Below, piece after piece: positions 1 to 10,549 of a stretch of 64,000 nucleotides of DNA; position 1 is the first letter of the stretch; each line of letters begins with the position of its first letter. This stretch comes from an uncultured Actinomycetes bacterium. Its GTDB lineage: Bacteria; Actinomycetota; Thermoleophilia; RBG-16-64-13. A program made the translations under genes and the position numbers. The notes under the pieces are model-generated. The model saw only the letters and a list, made by a program, of their open reading frames with translations, was not told the origin of the DNA and did not search any database. The DNA is taken from the NCBI GenBank assembly GCA_963706025.1, contig CAVPLM010000005.1:1120001-1184000 (forward strand), given 5' to 3'.

Positions 1-388
1 GAAGGAGCCCCGTGCGGTAAAGCGCCCGGGCGCAGAGCTCGTAAGAGGCTTTCTCCGACTGACCCCGGCCGTAGGTGGCACCGACGAGCACGTTCTCGAA
101 CACGGTCATACCCTCGAACGGACGGGGGATCTGGAAGGTCCTACCGATGCCGGCGTGGCAGCGCTCTTCTGGAGGCTGCTTGGAGATGTCTACGCCGGCG
201 AACGTGACGCGGCCTTCGTCCGTATGAACAGTCCCAGTGAGCAAGTTGAGCATCGTGGTCTTACCGGCCCCGTTCGGGCCCACGACCCCGAGCGCCTCCC
301 CCTGATCGAGGGAGACGCTCAGGTCGTCGACCACTCTCACGCCCCCGAAGGACTTCGTGAGGTGCTCGCCGTGCAGTATGACCGTCAC
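1..388 (-). CDS. Branched-chain amino acid-type ABC transporter ATP-binding protein (LivG-like), runs off the window start
   Basis: Manual translation from GTG at 388 gives MTVILHGEHLTKSFGG...GPNGAGKTT (Walker A)...GIGRTFQIPRPF; directly downstream of the binding-protein gene. Confidence 0.85.
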   Translation of the reverse strand, partial: MTVILHGEHLTKSFGGVRVVDDLSVSLDQGEALGVVGPNGAGKTTMLNLLTGTVHTDEGRVTFAGVDISKQPPEERCHAGIGRTFQIPRPFEGMTVFENVLVGATYGRGQSEKASYELCARALYRTGLL

Positions 389-437
389 CTGTGCACCCGC
401 TCCAATGGCTGCGCGGTAAGAGTCAGGTCCCTGCCTG

Positions 438-1883
438 CTAGAAGGTCGTCAGATCCTTGATCTCGCCCGTCTGCGGGATGTCCGGGTAGTGAGAGTTGTC
501 CACCACCAGCCGCTCCCAGGCGCCTGTTTTGCCGATCCACTGCCCACCGACGAGCGGGGTGATGGCGCAGTTGGGAAGGGCGTTGGCGAACTTGACCGGG
601 CCGACAAGTGTCTGCAGATCGGTGGCCTTGACCGCTTCCACGTAAGAGGCCGGATCGTCGAGATTGGCCGTTCGCTTGACCACGTCGGTGATCACGTCGA
701 AGCCGGCGCCGCCGGTCAAACCGAGCGCAGGGCTGAAGGGAGTCCCTACCTCGGCATCCCACGCGTCGACGATCCCTTGGCAGGTGAGACCGGTAAGCGA
801 GGATGTGAACGGGTGGGTGTTCTCCCACCAGACCTCGTTGCAGAGACCCTGGCCGATATCGCCGACAGCATCCATATCCGGACGGGTGAGGATAGCCCGG
901 CCGATAGAAGTCACCTTCGGCACGAAACCGTTCTGCTTGGCCTGCTTCCAGAAGTTGGCGAAATCCGGCGGGTTGAGCAGCGCGGTCAGGCATTCGCAGC
1001 CCTCGGACTTGAACTGGTTGATGAGACTGGAGAAGTCCTCGGTGCCGTTGGTGACCAGGCCCGGGTTGACCCACGCGTACCCGGCCTCTTTCATCGCGGC
1101 CGGGAAGCCGGTCGTCTCGTCGGCGGTGGCGATGCCGTCGGGGTCGTTGGCCCACACGCAGGCCACTTTCTTGTTGGTCGGGAGCTTCTCGAACAGGCCG
1201 ATGTAGACCGCATTCAGATCGGAGATGGCCCAGAACACGTTGTTGGCCCATTTGAAGCCGACGGCCGGATCCCCGCCCATACCGAAGAACCACGGCTCCA
1301 TGGGACACCCGTAAGTCACGCAAGGCACGCCGTTCGCCTCACACTGCTGCCCGACAGGTATGTTGACCACAGGGGTCATGCCAGCGAATATGATGTCGGG
1401 CTTGTCCTGGGTGATGAGCTCGCCCGCCACCTCGGCAGCCCGGTTGGAATCGGACGAACTGTCTTTGACGATCCAGGCGATCGGGTGCTGCAGACCGTCG
1501 GCACAGACCAAGCCGTCGCCGATCGCTTCTTTGGCCTGGTTGAGGAGAAAGTCATCGGGTTCGCTCAGGCCTGCGAACACACCGGTGGTCATGGTGACCC
1601 AGCCGATCTTGATCTCGCGGCCCATCTCCGCGCCTGCCGCGGTCGTAGTTGTCGCACCCGCCGTGGTGGTGGTCGCCCCTGCGGTGGTGGTGGTCGCTGC
1701 GGCAGTAGTGGTGGTGGTCTCTTCCTCGCCGCCGCAGGCCGCCAGTACGCCGCCCAGTCCGGCGCCTACACCGATGGCTGCGCCGGCAATACCGGCCATC
1801 TTCAGGAATTGGCGGCGAGAGACCGCTCCCGAGGCGGGTGCGCCGCACTCTTGCGTCGGGTGCTCTTCGTTCTTGTCGATCAT
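438..1883 (-). CDS. ABC transporter substrate-binding lipoprotein (LivK/Peripla_BP_6 type) with Tat signal
   Basis: SRRQFLK twin-arginine motif, LAAC lipobox, Thr-rich linker, EIKIGWV...KDSSSDSNRAAEVA Leu-binding-protein-like fold. Confidence 0.85.
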   Translation of the reverse strand: MIDKNEEHPTQECGAPASGAVSRRQFLKMAGIAGAAIGVGAGLGGVLAACGGEEETTTTTAAATTTTAGATTTTAGATTTTAAGAEMGREIKIGWVTMTTGVFAGLSEPDDFLLNQAKEAIGDGLVCADGLQHPIAWIVKDSSSDSNRAAEVAGELITQDKPDIIFAGMTPVVNIPVGQQCEANGVPCVTYGCPMEPWFFGMGGDPAVGFKWANNVFWAISDLNAVYIGLFEKLPTNKKVACVWANDPDGIATADETTGFPAAMKEAGYAWVNPGLVTNGTEDFSSLINQFKSEGCECLTALLNPPDFANFWKQAKQNGFVPKVTSIGRAILTRPDMDAVGDIGQGLCNEVWWENTHPFTSSLTGLTCQGIVDAWDAEVGTPFSPALGLTGGAGFDVITDVVKRTANLDDPASYVEAVKATDLQTLVGPVKFANALPNCAITPLVGGQWIGKTGAWERLVVDNSHYPDIPQTGEIKDLTTF

Positions 1884-2176
1884 TGCTCTCCCCCTTGCTC
1901 TGTCCGTGATACGTCTGATGGTCTCTGTTTCTTGCTCTATTTCACCTTCACAAGCGACAGTGTCCGGTCGTCGCTTGCCTTGACGAGCATGACGGCGCCC
2001 GCCGCCGCGCCCTCATACCCTTATGAACCCGATTTCCCCCTTTCCCCCTTCAGCGACACATTATCACCCGCGTAGCGTCATCAAACCTACCGACGGGACC
2101 CAGCGTCGACGACGGGTGCCACCCTTTGCATGAGTGGACGCATCCATGACAGTCGTGCATGGAACCTCTCCCCCAC

Positions 2177-2320
2177 CTATTGCCCCTCGGCGGCCTTCTG
2201 CGCTTCCCGGTAGGCGGAGATGAAGCGCATCGCGTAGTTGTCGCGCCCCAACACCAGGTCGGCCGAAAGGACGGCAAGGCGCACTTGGGCGGCATCCACG
2301 GTGGGGCAGGTGAGACCGGC
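2177..2320 (-). pseudogene. Orphan 3' fragment of a pterin-binding methyl-THF:corrinoid methyltransferase
   Basis: Minus strand reads AGLTCPTVDAAQVRLAVLSADLVLGRDNYAMRFISAYREAQKAAEGQ*, closely matching the C-terminus of the gene ending at 13560; no start or 5' part present. Confidence 0.8.
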
Positions 2321-2576
2321 CCCTTGCGAACTTGGCTACGTGACAACAGGATGCTTCGAGGGTTTGTGGAGGGCATGAGACCCGGTGCGCCAATATCTCG
2401 GCCCTCCATAAACTCCCGCGCTCCCCAGTTGACCACTCGAAAAGGTACAATGCCGGCAATGTGGGGGAAGTGCGAGGGAGATCGTGGGGCTCTTCTAGAG
2501 TCCACGGCGATCCCGATTCGCGTCCGTGCCGATTTCGCCCGAGTCAAGCCACCCGCCAATCGACAAGGAGACTCGC

Positions 2577-3212
2577 GTGACTGAACCGTCATATGTGGAT
2601 GGGACCATCAAGGCGTATCTGGACAGGCTCGCCAGCGCCGAGCCCGAGCCCGGCGGAGGAAGTGTGGCGGCGCTGGTCGCCGCGCTGGGCGCCGCTCTGG
2701 TGACCATGGTCACCGACCTCACTCTAGGCAAGGAGAAGTACGCCGATGTCCAGGAGGCGGTCGCCGAGATCAGGGCCGGCGCGGAGAAGCTGCGCGGCGA
2801 ACTGGAGGAACTGGTCACACTCGACGCAACCGCCTACAGGGCGGTGGCTGTGGCTATGAAGCTCCCCAAAGACACCGATTCCCAGAAAGCGGAGCGCGAC
2901 CGCGCTCTTCAGGCCGCCTTGGCAGGGGCCGCGGAGGTGCCGCTCAGAGTGGCCGAAGCGGCGGCTGAAGTGGCGCGCCTCTCGCTGCCGGCCGCCGAGA
3001 AGGGCAACGTCAACGCCGTTTCAGACGCCGGGGTGGCCGTGCTGCTGGCGGACGCAGCCGCCCAGTCGGCCGCTCTCAACGTGAAGATCAATCTGGCCTG
3101 GATAACAGACGAGGACTTCAAGCGCGAGGCTTGGGCCCGGGTGGGGGCGGCACTCGCGGAGACGGCCCGCCTGCGCGACGTCGTCCTGCCCATGACCTAC
3201 GGCAAGATCTAG
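2577..3212 (+). CDS. fchA: Methenyl-THF cyclohydrolase / cyclodeaminase-cyclohydrolase family (FTCD_C)
   Basis: YLDRLASAEPEPGGGSVAAL and GNVNAVSDAGVA motifs; AAGGAG RBS before GTG 2577; adjacent to folD. Confidence 0.85.
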   Translation: MTEPSYVDGTIKAYLDRLASAEPEPGGGSVAALVAALGAALVTMVTDLTLGKEKYADVQEAVAEIRAGAEKLRGELEELVTLDATAYRAVAVAMKLPKDTDSQKAERDRALQAALAGAAEVPLRVAEAAAEVARLSLPAAEKGNVNAVSDAGVAVLLADAAAQSAALNVKINLAWITDEDFKREAWARVGAALAETARLRDVVLPMTYGKI

Positions 3213-3266
3213 TCGGGATGCAGTCGGTCTGCGGTCGGTCGAAAAAGGTACCGGGGGGAGGCATCT

Positions 3267-4235
3267 ATGGCAGCAAAGATCATCGACGGGAAAGCTATCG
3301 CGGCCGAGTTGCGGGAGGAACTCGCCCTTGAATTGGAGGAGCTGAAGGCAGCCGGCCTGCAGCCGGGAATCGCCACCTTGATGGTCGGCGATGATTTCGG
3401 TGCGGGCATGTACCGGGGGGCAGTGGAGAAGTTCTGCGGCGAGATGGGCCTCGGCTATCGCAATGAGGCCCTCCCGACCGACGCCGGCGAAGACGCGGTC
3501 GTTGCGACCGTCCAGGACCTCAACAACGACCCCGCGGTTTCGGGCATCTTGCCGCTGCGGCCCTTCCCGGGCCATATCTCCGACTCCGCGGTAATCAACT
3601 CCATCAGCCCGGGCAAGGACGTGGATTGCTTCCATCCCTTCAACATGGGCCGCCTTACCTTGGGCGAGCCCACCTTCCCGCCTGCGACTCCGGCCGCCTG
3701 CATGGAGTTGCTCGAGCGCTACCTGAGCGGACAGGGACGTGAGGTGGTCGATGCCCTGGAAGGGGCTGAGGTCTGCGTCGTCGGTCACTCGAACACCGTC
3801 GGCAAACCACTGGCCCTACTGCTTCTCAACCGCAACGCCACGACCACGGTGACGCATGTGTTCACCTCGAACAGGGGCAACCTGGCGAAGCACACCCGGC
3901 CGGCCGACTACCTGGTCGTCGCGGCCGGGGTCCCGCACCTGATCGGGCCCGATCTGGTCGGCGAAGGCGCCGTGGTGCTCGATGTGGGGATCAACCGGGT
4001 AGTCGTCTGCCCGGCCTGCAAAACGATCAACCGGGGCAAGAAGAACCCTTGTCGCGCATGCGGAGGCGATCTGGCCGAAGCGGAGACCAAGACCGTGGGA
4101 GACGTAGATTATGACGCCGTCTCCGCCAAGGCCGCCGCCATCACGCCGGTACCTGGCGGCGTAGGAGCAGTAACCAACATGATGCTGGCCCGAAACACGC
4201 TCCGGGCGGCGCGGCTGCAGCGCGATAAGAAGTAG
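3267..4235 (+). CDS. folD: Methylene-THF dehydrogenase (FolD family) with a Cys4 insertion
   Basis: IIDGKAIA, KDVDCFHP, PATP, GHSNTVGKP, DVGINR, GDVD, ITPVPGGVG motifs. Confidence 0.92.
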   Translation: MAAKIIDGKAIAAELREELALELEELKAAGLQPGIATLMVGDDFGAGMYRGAVEKFCGEMGLGYRNEALPTDAGEDAVVATVQDLNNDPAVSGILPLRPFPGHISDSAVINSISPGKDVDCFHPFNMGRLTLGEPTFPPATPAACMELLERYLSGQGREVVDALEGAEVCVVGHSNTVGKPLALLLLNRNATTTVTHVFTSNRGNLAKHTRPADYLVVAAGVPHLIGPDLVGEGAVVLDVGINRVVVCPACKTINRGKKNPCRACGGDLAEAETKTVGDVDYDAVSAKAAAITPVPGGVGAVTNMMLARNTLRAARLQRDKK

Positions 4236-4341
4236 CGGCGCCTCCTCCAAACCGCAGAAGGTGGGCTTGCCAATTGAACGATAATCTGACATTGTGACCC
4301 GCAACTATCCGGGCAACGGACCCTTCGGTGAGGTAGATCCA

Positions 4342-5226
4342 ATGGTCAAGGAGATTCCGTTAGTCTGGCTGCCGGGGGCAGCCTGTACCGGGTGCAGCGT
4401 CTCACTGCTGAACACCGCGAGTCCAACCATAAAGAACCTGTTGGTCGACCCGGTGATCCCCGGAGTGCACATCAACCTACGCTTTCATCCCACGATCATG
4501 GCCGGGTCGGGGGAGATGGCCATCAAAGCGCTTGAAGACACCATGGCACAGGAGAAGGGCGGCTACGTGCTGGCGGTGGACGGCGCCATCCCGACGGGCG
4601 CGACGGCCGATTACTGTGTAATGGGAGAACGCGACGGCAAGCCGGTGACTATCGAGACCCGTTTCCTTGAACTGGCACAAGATGCCCTCGCCATCCTGGC
4701 GGTTGGCACCTGTGCCTCTTTCGGGGGCATACCCGCCGGCGATCCCAATCCCAGCAACTGCGTGCCGGTAAGGCAGGCGCTGGAACTACATGGCATCCAG
4801 AAGCCGTTGATTAACATCCCCGGCTGTCCGCCCCATCCGGACTGGTTTGTCGGCACGGTGGCCAGCATTCTGCTTGTCGGTTTGCCCAACGCGGAAGACC
4901 TCGATGACAATCTCCGGCCGAAGGCCTTCTACGGCAAGCTCATCCACGAGAATTGTCCGCGCCGGGCTTACTTCGACGAGGGCAAGTTCGCGAAGAAGTT
5001 CGGCGACGAGGGCTGTCTCTACGAGTTGGGGTGCAAGGGCCCGATCACCTACGCGGATTGTCCGACGCGACACTGGAACAGCGGTACGAACTGGGTCATC
5101 GGCGCCGGGTCGCCGTGTCTGGGCTGCACTCAGCCCGAGTTCATGAGCCTGCCCTACTACGAGAAGGTGACCGATGTGCAGCTGCCGGTCATCGGGGCCT
5201 ATTGGCAGAGCGAGGAGGCAGAATAA
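4342..5226 (+). CDS. [NiFe]-hydrogenase small subunit, no Tat signal
   Basis: CTGC, GTCASFGG, PGCPPHP, HENCPRR, CLYELGCKGP, PCLGC motifs; GAGG RBS before ATG 4342. Confidence 0.9.
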   Translation: MVKEIPLVWLPGAACTGCSVSLLNTASPTIKNLLVDPVIPGVHINLRFHPTIMAGSGEMAIKALEDTMAQEKGGYVLAVDGAIPTGATADYCVMGERDGKPVTIETRFLELAQDALAILAVGTCASFGGIPAGDPNPSNCVPVRQALELHGIQKPLINIPGCPPHPDWFVGTVASILLVGLPNAEDLDDNLRPKAFYGKLIHENCPRRAYFDEGKFAKKFGDEGCLYELGCKGPITYADCPTRHWNSGTNWVIGAGSPCLGCTQPEFMSLPYYEKVTDVQLPVIGAYWQSEEAE

Positions 5227-6740
5227 TGGCCAAGGTGACCATTGACCCGATCACCAGGATAGAAGGCCATCTCAAGATCGAGACCGAAGTCGAGGGCGGC
5301 GTCGTCAAGGACGCGCGGAGCACCGGCAACCTCTTCCGCGGTATCGAGATCATCCTTCGCGGGCGGGATCCAAGGGATGCGCAGGTCATCGCCCAGAGGA
5401 TCTGCGGGGTCTGCCCGCAATCGCACGGTATGGCGGCCGCGCTCTGTCTGGACAGCGCCTTTGGATTGGGCGACAAGATACCCGACAACGCCCGCCTCAT
5501 GCGCAACCTCATCCAGGGAACGCACGTCGTTCAGGATCACATCCTTCACTTTTACCACCTGGGCGCGCTCGACTACGTCGATGTGACCGATGTGGCCAAG
5601 TACCAGGGCAAGGACTCCGAGCTAAACTCGGTCAAGGATTTCATTGGCCGTGGCGAATTGGGTCCGTTCGTACCCCGATACGAGGGCGACTACAGGCTGC
5701 CGGTCGAAGTCAATCAAATGGCGACCGCTCACTACCTACAGGCCCTGGATATCAGGCGCATGGGGCATGAGGCGGTGGCTATCTTCGGCGGCAAGATACC
5801 TCATTCGGTAGGCATCGTCCCCGGGGGTGTCACCGCCGTTCCGACCGTGGACAAGATCACCGCACTGCTGTGGAAGGTCAAGAAGCTGCAGGACTTCGTC
5901 GACAACGTCTATCTCCCGGACGTACTGGCCATCGCCGGCGTCTATCGCGACTATCTCGAGATCGGCGCAGGCTGCGGGAATCTGCTCTCCTACGGGGGTT
6001 ACGACCTACAGGGGGACAACGCCGATCTCACCCGGAGAAAGAGGCTATTCAAACAGGGGACGGTATCTGCCGATCTCAAACCGCAGGAGCTCGACATAGC
6101 CCGTGTCACCGAAGGCGTCAAGTACTCCTGGTATGAGGACTCTGCCTCTGCCAAGCACCCGTCTCAGGGGGAGACCAAGCCCGCATACGGCAAAGAGGGT
6201 GCCTACTCCTGGCTCAAGGCGCCGCGTTATGGCGGCGAGGTCTACGAGGTCGGCCCGTTGGCCAGGGTGGCCGTTAGCTATGCGTCTGGTGATCCGGTGA
6301 TCACCCAGTTGGTGGATTCGGCTCTGGGAGAGCTCAACGCACCTCCTTCGGCCCTGTTCTCAGTCATGGGACGCCACCTCGCCCGAGCCATCTCGGCCAA
6401 GGTCATCGCCGACAACCTCGTGAAATGGCTCCTGGAGCTGAAACCTGGAGAGCCTACCTATGTCGAGTACGAGATACCCGACGAAAGCATGGGCATGGGT
6501 CTGATCGAAGGCTCGCGCGGCGCTCTCGGGCACTGGATCGAGATCAAGGACAAGAAGATCGCCAACTACCAGGCCGTGGTCCCCACCACCTGGAACGCTT
6601 CGCCGAGGGACGACGACGGCAACCCCGGCCCGATGGAACAGGCGCTGATCGGTACCCCGGTGAAGGACAAGGAGAATCCGTTCGAACTGGTGCGCATCGT
6701 CCGGTCTTTCGACCCCTGCCTCGCTTGTTCGATACATTGA
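5226..6740 (+). CDS. [NiFe]-hydrogenase large subunit (group 1a-like, Cys form)
   Basis: IDPITRIEGH start, L1 RICGVCPQSH, L2 DPCLACSIH followed directly by the stop; TAATG overlap with the small subunit. Confidence 0.93.
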   Translation: MAKVTIDPITRIEGHLKIETEVEGGVVKDARSTGNLFRGIEIILRGRDPRDAQVIAQRICGVCPQSHGMAAALCLDSAFGLGDKIPDNARLMRNLIQGTHVVQDHILHFYHLGALDYVDVTDVAKYQGKDSELNSVKDFIGRGELGPFVPRYEGDYRLPVEVNQMATAHYLQALDIRRMGHEAVAIFGGKIPHSVGIVPGGVTAVPTVDKITALLWKVKKLQDFVDNVYLPDVLAIAGVYRDYLEIGAGCGNLLSYGGYDLQGDNADLTRRKRLFKQGTVSADLKPQELDIARVTEGVKYSWYEDSASAKHPSQGETKPAYGKEGAYSWLKAPRYGGEVYEVGPLARVAVSYASGDPVITQLVDSALGELNAPPSALFSVMGRHLARAISAKVIADNLVKWLLELKPGEPTYVEYEIPDESMGMGLIEGSRGALGHWIEIKDKKIANYQAVVPTTWNASPRDDDGNPGPMEQALIGTPVKDKENPFELVRIVRSFDPCLACSIH

Positions 6741-6760
6741 TCCTGGCCAAATGAGGAGAG

Positions 6761-7453
6761 ATGTTACTATCTAAGCAGAAACCATTTGAAGAAATCCTGG
6801 GCTTTCTGGAGGGAGAGAGCAGGGTCTTCCTTCTCGGCTGCGATGGTTGCGCCCAGGCGTCCGGCACCGGCGGTCCTGTCCAGGTGGCCGAGATGAAATC
6901 CAAGTTGGAGGATGCCGGCAAGACCATAACCGGCACCGATGTGGTCGGTTTCCTCTGCGAAAAGGCGCTGGTGAAGTCGCGCCTGGCACCCAAGACCAAC
7001 GCGATCATGGGATCGGATTCGATCCTGGTGATGACCTGCGGCGTCGGCATCCAAGCGGTCGCGGCCTCTGTGAACAAGCTGTGCCATCCCGGCTGCGACA
7101 CGCAGAACCTCGGCGGAAGCCGGGGCGAATGGCAGGGCAGCGAGCGTTGTAGGGAATGCGCCGAGTGCGTCCTCGAGTCCACCGGTGGTATATGCCCTCT
7201 GACATCGTGCAGCAAAGGCCTACTAAGCGGGCAGTGCGGGGGGGCGTCGGCCGGGAAATGCGAGCTCAGTCCGGAAAAGGACTGTGGTTGGGAGCTCATC
7301 TACCATCGGCTGAAGGCTCTGGACCAACTGGACAAACTCAAGAAGCTCGCTCCGCCGAAGAGCTGGAGCAAGATGTCGCCCGACGTCCACATCCTGGCGA
7401 CATCTCACTATGCCCTGGAAAACCCAGCTCAAGAGGAGGCAACGACGGAATGA
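6761..7453 (+). CDS. metV: Methylene-THF reductase Fe-S/Zn subunit MetV
   Basis: GCDGCA, TCGVG, CRECAEC...GGICPLTSCSKGLLSGQCGG...CE...CGW cysteine pattern; overlaps the metF start (ATGA). Confidence 0.88.
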   Translation: MLLSKQKPFEEILGFLEGESRVFLLGCDGCAQASGTGGPVQVAEMKSKLEDAGKTITGTDVVGFLCEKALVKSRLAPKTNAIMGSDSILVMTCGVGIQAVAASVNKLCHPGCDTQNLGGSRGEWQGSERCRECAECVLESTGGICPLTSCSKGLLSGQCGGASAGKCELSPEKDCGWELIYHRLKALDQLDKLKKLAPPKSWSKMSPDVHILATSHYALENPAQEEATTE

Positions 7454-8326
7454 GCCTCAAGTCGGAACTGGAATCAGGGAGATTCGCTATTACGGCTGAG
7501 ATCGGTCCCCTGAAGGGAACCGACATCACGGAGAACATCGAGGTGGCCGAGATGCTACGCGGGCGTGTGACCGCCGCCAACGTCACCGACCAGCAGAGCT
7601 CGGTGATGAGATTGGGGTCAATGGTCACCTGCCACCTGCTGTCTGATCACGGTCTCGAACCGGTCCTGCAGATGACCTGCCGCGATACCAACCGGATCGC
7701 CTTACAATCGGACCTTCTGGGTGCCTGGGTCATGGGCACCGAGAACGTCCTTGCTTTGACCGGCGACTTCCCTGCTCTCGGCGATCATCCCGACGCCGTG
7801 CCGGTCTACGATCTCGACTCGGTGCAGTTGCTGTCGGTGATCAGCCGGCTCAACGAGGGATTCGATATGGTCGGTAACCCACTGACCGGCAAGACCGATT
7901 TCTTTGCCGGCGCTGTGGTCGATCCGGGCGCCGACACCGAAGCCAGCCTTGACCTCCAACTGTTCAAGATGGAGAAGAAGATCGAGGCTGGAGCGAAGTT
8001 CTTCCAGACTCAGGCGGTGTTCGAGCCTGACAAGTTCGCCAAGTTCATGAAGCGGGTGAAGGGGTTCGGGGTTCCGGTCATGGCCGGCGTTATCCCCTTG
8101 AAATCGGTAGGTATGGCCCGATTCATGAACAAGAACGTGGCCGGCGTGTGCGTGCCCAAAGAGACGATCCAGAGGTGTGCCGCGGCCGAAGACAAGACTC
8201 AGGCGGGCTGTGGATCTCGTCGCTGAACTAATGAGAGACCTCAAGGATCTCTGTCAGGGTCTGCATGTGATGCCCATCGGCTGGGAGAAGAAGGTTCCCC
8301 AGATGCTGGATGCGGCCGGACTGTAG
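7450..8326 (+). CDS. metF: Methylene-THF reductase MetF (one frameshift near 8210)
   Basis: ITAEIGP, NVTD, LQMTCRDTNRIALQ, LALTGD, FFQTQAVF; the alternate frame continues ...GLHVMPIGWEKKVPQMLDAAGL*. Confidence 0.88.
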
Positions 8327-8444
8327 GGCTGTCGGCATCACCCCTGGGACGGCCGGTCGGGGACGTGTCGCGCCGTCCAGACCATGGAGGCCTTGAGCCG
8401 TCGTATCCGCTTCCTGCGAGACAGCTGCGTCCGCGACGGCGTAA

Positions 8445-9890
<1,446 letters not shown>

Positions 9891-9917
9891 CATCACGACA
9901 CGAGGAAAGGAGCCGCG

Positions 9918-10549
9918 ATGCACAACTAGTCGAAGCCATGGCCAACATGAAGGAGAAGGAAGCCCTTCAGATCGTCGACGAGCTGCTGGCCAAGGGCGAG
10001 GACCCCAACAAGATCCTGGATCTCTCCTCCGAGGCCATGCAGGTGGTGGGCACCCGCTACCAGGAAGGCACCTACTTCCTGCCCGAGCTCATCATGAGCG
10101 GCGAGATGCTGCGTAAGATCGGCGAGATCCTCAAACCCCTGCTGGCCGCCAAGACCGACCAGACCAAGAAGCTGGGCATCGTGGTCCTCGGCACCGTGCG
10201 GGGCGACATCCACGACATCGGCAAAGACATCGTGGGCTTCATGCTGGAAGTGAACGGCTTTGAGGTGCACGACCTCGGCATCGACCAGCCCGAAGAGGCC
10301 TTCGTGAAAGCCGTGAAGGAGCACAAGCCCCAGGTGCTGGCCCTCTCCGGCTTCCTCTCGGTGGCCTTCGACTCCATGAAGTCCACCATCGAGCAGGTGG
10401 AAGCCGCCGGGCTGCGCAAGGACCTCAAGATCATCATCGGCGGCGGGCAGATGGACGACACCGTGCGCAAGTACACCGGGGCCGACGCCTACGGCGACGA
10501 CGCCATGGCTGCCGTGGCCTTCGCCAAGGAGACGGTGGGGGTGGCGTGA
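9918..10549 (+). CDS. Corrinoid (B12-binding) methyl-acceptor protein (MtaC/MttC-like)
   Basis: Cap domain YFLPELIMSGE, GDIHDIGK (DxHxxG), LSG, IIGGG; GGAG RBS before ATG 9918 with an indel just after the start. Confidence 0.9.

Noticed and set aside
1640-1720. GTGGTG-type repeats, also at about 24610-24735
   Set aside because: They encode Thr-rich linkers of surface proteins; they are not a CRISPR or other DNA repeat system.
489-2075. Long antisense or alternate-frame ORFs (also 36089-38047, 32439-33833, 52876-53946 and others)
   Set aside because: They are shadows of real genes in high-GC DNA, with no motifs or RBS.
6710-6740. Selenocysteine in the hydrogenase large subunit
   Set aside because: The ligand codon is TGC. 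The TGA follows the terminal His and is the normal stop.
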